A DNA stretch of 64,000 nt from Adineta vaga (lineage: Eukaryota; Animalia; Rotifera), in the NCBI GenBank assembly GCA_021613535.1, contig CP075496.1, positions 10,106,001 to 10,170,000 of the forward strand. The letters are read 5' to 3'. A program made the translations under genes and the position numbers. Below, piece by piece: positions 62,354 to 64,000 of the stretch. Under the pieces are notes generated by a model that was not told the DNA's origin, ran no database searches, and worked only from the letters and a program-made list of their open reading frames with translations. Position 1 is the first letter of the stretch; each line of letters opens with the position of its first letter.

Positions 62354-64000
62354 TTAGTCCGATTCTGTATGGTGTAGTTCATCTCTTGCTTCTTCACGTT
62401 CTCGTGGTGGCCATGTGCATAAAGCTCGAACGAATTCTGTTGTTCCACAATTGCCCCAACAGATCCAACCCCATCCAGTCTTTTCATCTATCATTGCTCG
62501 ACGTACACGACAACGAAACTCTTTTGCTTCATTTGCATTATCCCATGCAGATGAGATATTTAGTAACTTCAAAATATTACTTAATACAACATCAGGTAGA
62601 CGTCCATCATTCCATGCTTGAAGTGTTCCAATTATGACATCTTTCGGTGCACGAATGATAGCATCTGATTTCAATTCAATAGGCTGTTCAGGATCAACAA
62701 TGAAAAAATTAAGAAAAGTTCGACGACGACCATTATCATGAGTTAAATTTCTAATCTGTTGAAATCGATGTGGAATAGAATTGGAGAAAACAACTCCTGC
62801 ACCTGTTTTTACACACGATATGAAATGATCTGTTTCAATCTCGTCATAATACTTTTGACATGCATATTTTGGACGAAATTTCAGTGCACCACCTTCAAGT
62901 TCATCGTCCACATGAAGATAATAGACACCTACTGCAACAATATTTTCTGTATGACCTTCTGTATGCCATCGTCCTGAATATTTCATACCTAACAAGTAAA
63001 TCTATTTGTTATGGATATGTACGAAGTGTGATTATTATTTGCTTACCAGCTTTAAGATTATAACTTTGAGCTTTGACAATCACTTGTAATCGTTGTTGTT
63101 CCTTTGCATTATTTAAATTCACGATTTTAAGTTGTTCAAACATAGGTAACATTGCGTGAAAGATATGTGCAATATCACTATATGCTTTTTTAAATTCAGG
63201 TGAAACGGGAAGATGTTGAATTGGTGTTCGAATATCAACTTTACCGTCTGTATCAATGACAAATTCAGATGGTATCCATTGATATGTATCACGTATCTGT
63301 TCATGTTCAGAGAGATTATTATAATCTCCTTGATTTAAATCTCGTTTAAAGCGTGATAGTTTTCTATCAACGCCTTTTAACTCTTTCTTTCGTCGTTCAA
63401 TCCATTCATTTCGATTAAATGTTGTTTCAGGCTTATATGGTAATAGATCTGGATCAATGATATCTTCTACAGGTGATGGCGATGGATGAAAATCTTGCCG
63501 TTGATTATTTAATTCATAGAGAGTATTTAATAAACGTTGTCGATGTTTTTCAACATCTGGAATTTGTTCATGAATCCATACGGGATAAGCAAGAAATGCT
63601 TCACCACCATCTCCAAACTCTGCTAATCGATCACCATGTAAACGATAGAAATCAGGTTTTTGAATTGTTGTTTCATCAATTGTTTCATTTGGATCAATCA
63701 TCCAGTTGTCATCTACATCAAGCCACTTACATACCCAACATGATTGCATTCGCTTTGGATCATATGTATCATACATATAATCAGAACATGTATTAATCTG
63801 TACCTCTTGTTCTTTGAGCCAGACTCGAATACGTAAATCATCATCGTGATCGATCATTAAGATACGGCATGGATAATCTTCAATTTGAGGAGTATGACGA
63901 TATCGACGATTTGAACGAAGTCCTTCCAATACTTTTGCATCGATTACATGAAGTGTAATCCATTTAAACAGAAATTCAGACGGATAAAAGTACTTGAATG
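62354..64000 (-). CDS. DUF4246-like protein with 2OG-Fe(II) oxygenase-type C-terminal fold; 5' end beyond the window
   Basis: Frame open to 64000; DFHP...DIIDPDL, YQWIPSEF, LQVIVKA, one intron ~62989-63047, WHTEG..ENIVAVGVYY, VFSN..PH, RTFLNFFIVDP. Confidence 0.8.

Noticed and set aside
1-64000. tRNA, rRNA, CRISPR arrays, prokaryotic operons, alternative genetic code
   Set aside because: None recognised; long ORFs translate cleanly with the standard code, and in-frame stops are confined to decayed genes

Overview
Strongly AT-rich eukaryotic genomic DNA with many short (about 45-70 nt) GT-AG introns. The gene content points to a bdelloid rotifer (Adineta/Rotaria-like); this is inferred, not verified. 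Supporting content: expanded intronless DRW-type GPCRs, F-box/LRR genes, an R-S-E-family ADP-ribosyltransferase with a receiver-like N-terminus, and microbial-type enzymes carrying spliceosomal introns. About 30 genes or gene remnants were assembled by hand-splicing. Conserved metazoan genes: TRAF, TAX1BP1/NDP52-like autophagy receptor, calcineurin B, casein kinase I, an ETS factor, a TM-PDZ protein and two Ly6/LU proteins. Candidate horizontally acquired enzymes: DUF1932 dehydrogenase, secreted SMP-30 lactonase, bacterial-type MINPP/phytase, fatty-acid hydroxylase and a DUF4246 oxygenase-like protein. There is also a 434-bp hAT-type MITE with a perfect 8-bp TSD, and several pseudogenes or frameshifted genes. 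Two hypotheses stand out. (1) Three type-II membrane genes with unrelated ectodomains share a phase-2/phase-1 signal-anchor exon (137, 137 and 131 nt), suggesting an exon-shuffling display cassette. (2) A receiver-like alpha/beta domain appears in a TRAF, in an ADP-ribosyltransferase (catalytic Arg->His) and in a tightly linked enzyme-less partner gene, suggesting an undescribed signalling/immune module. Splice models and family assignments are by-eye and need RNA-seq/HMM confirmation.
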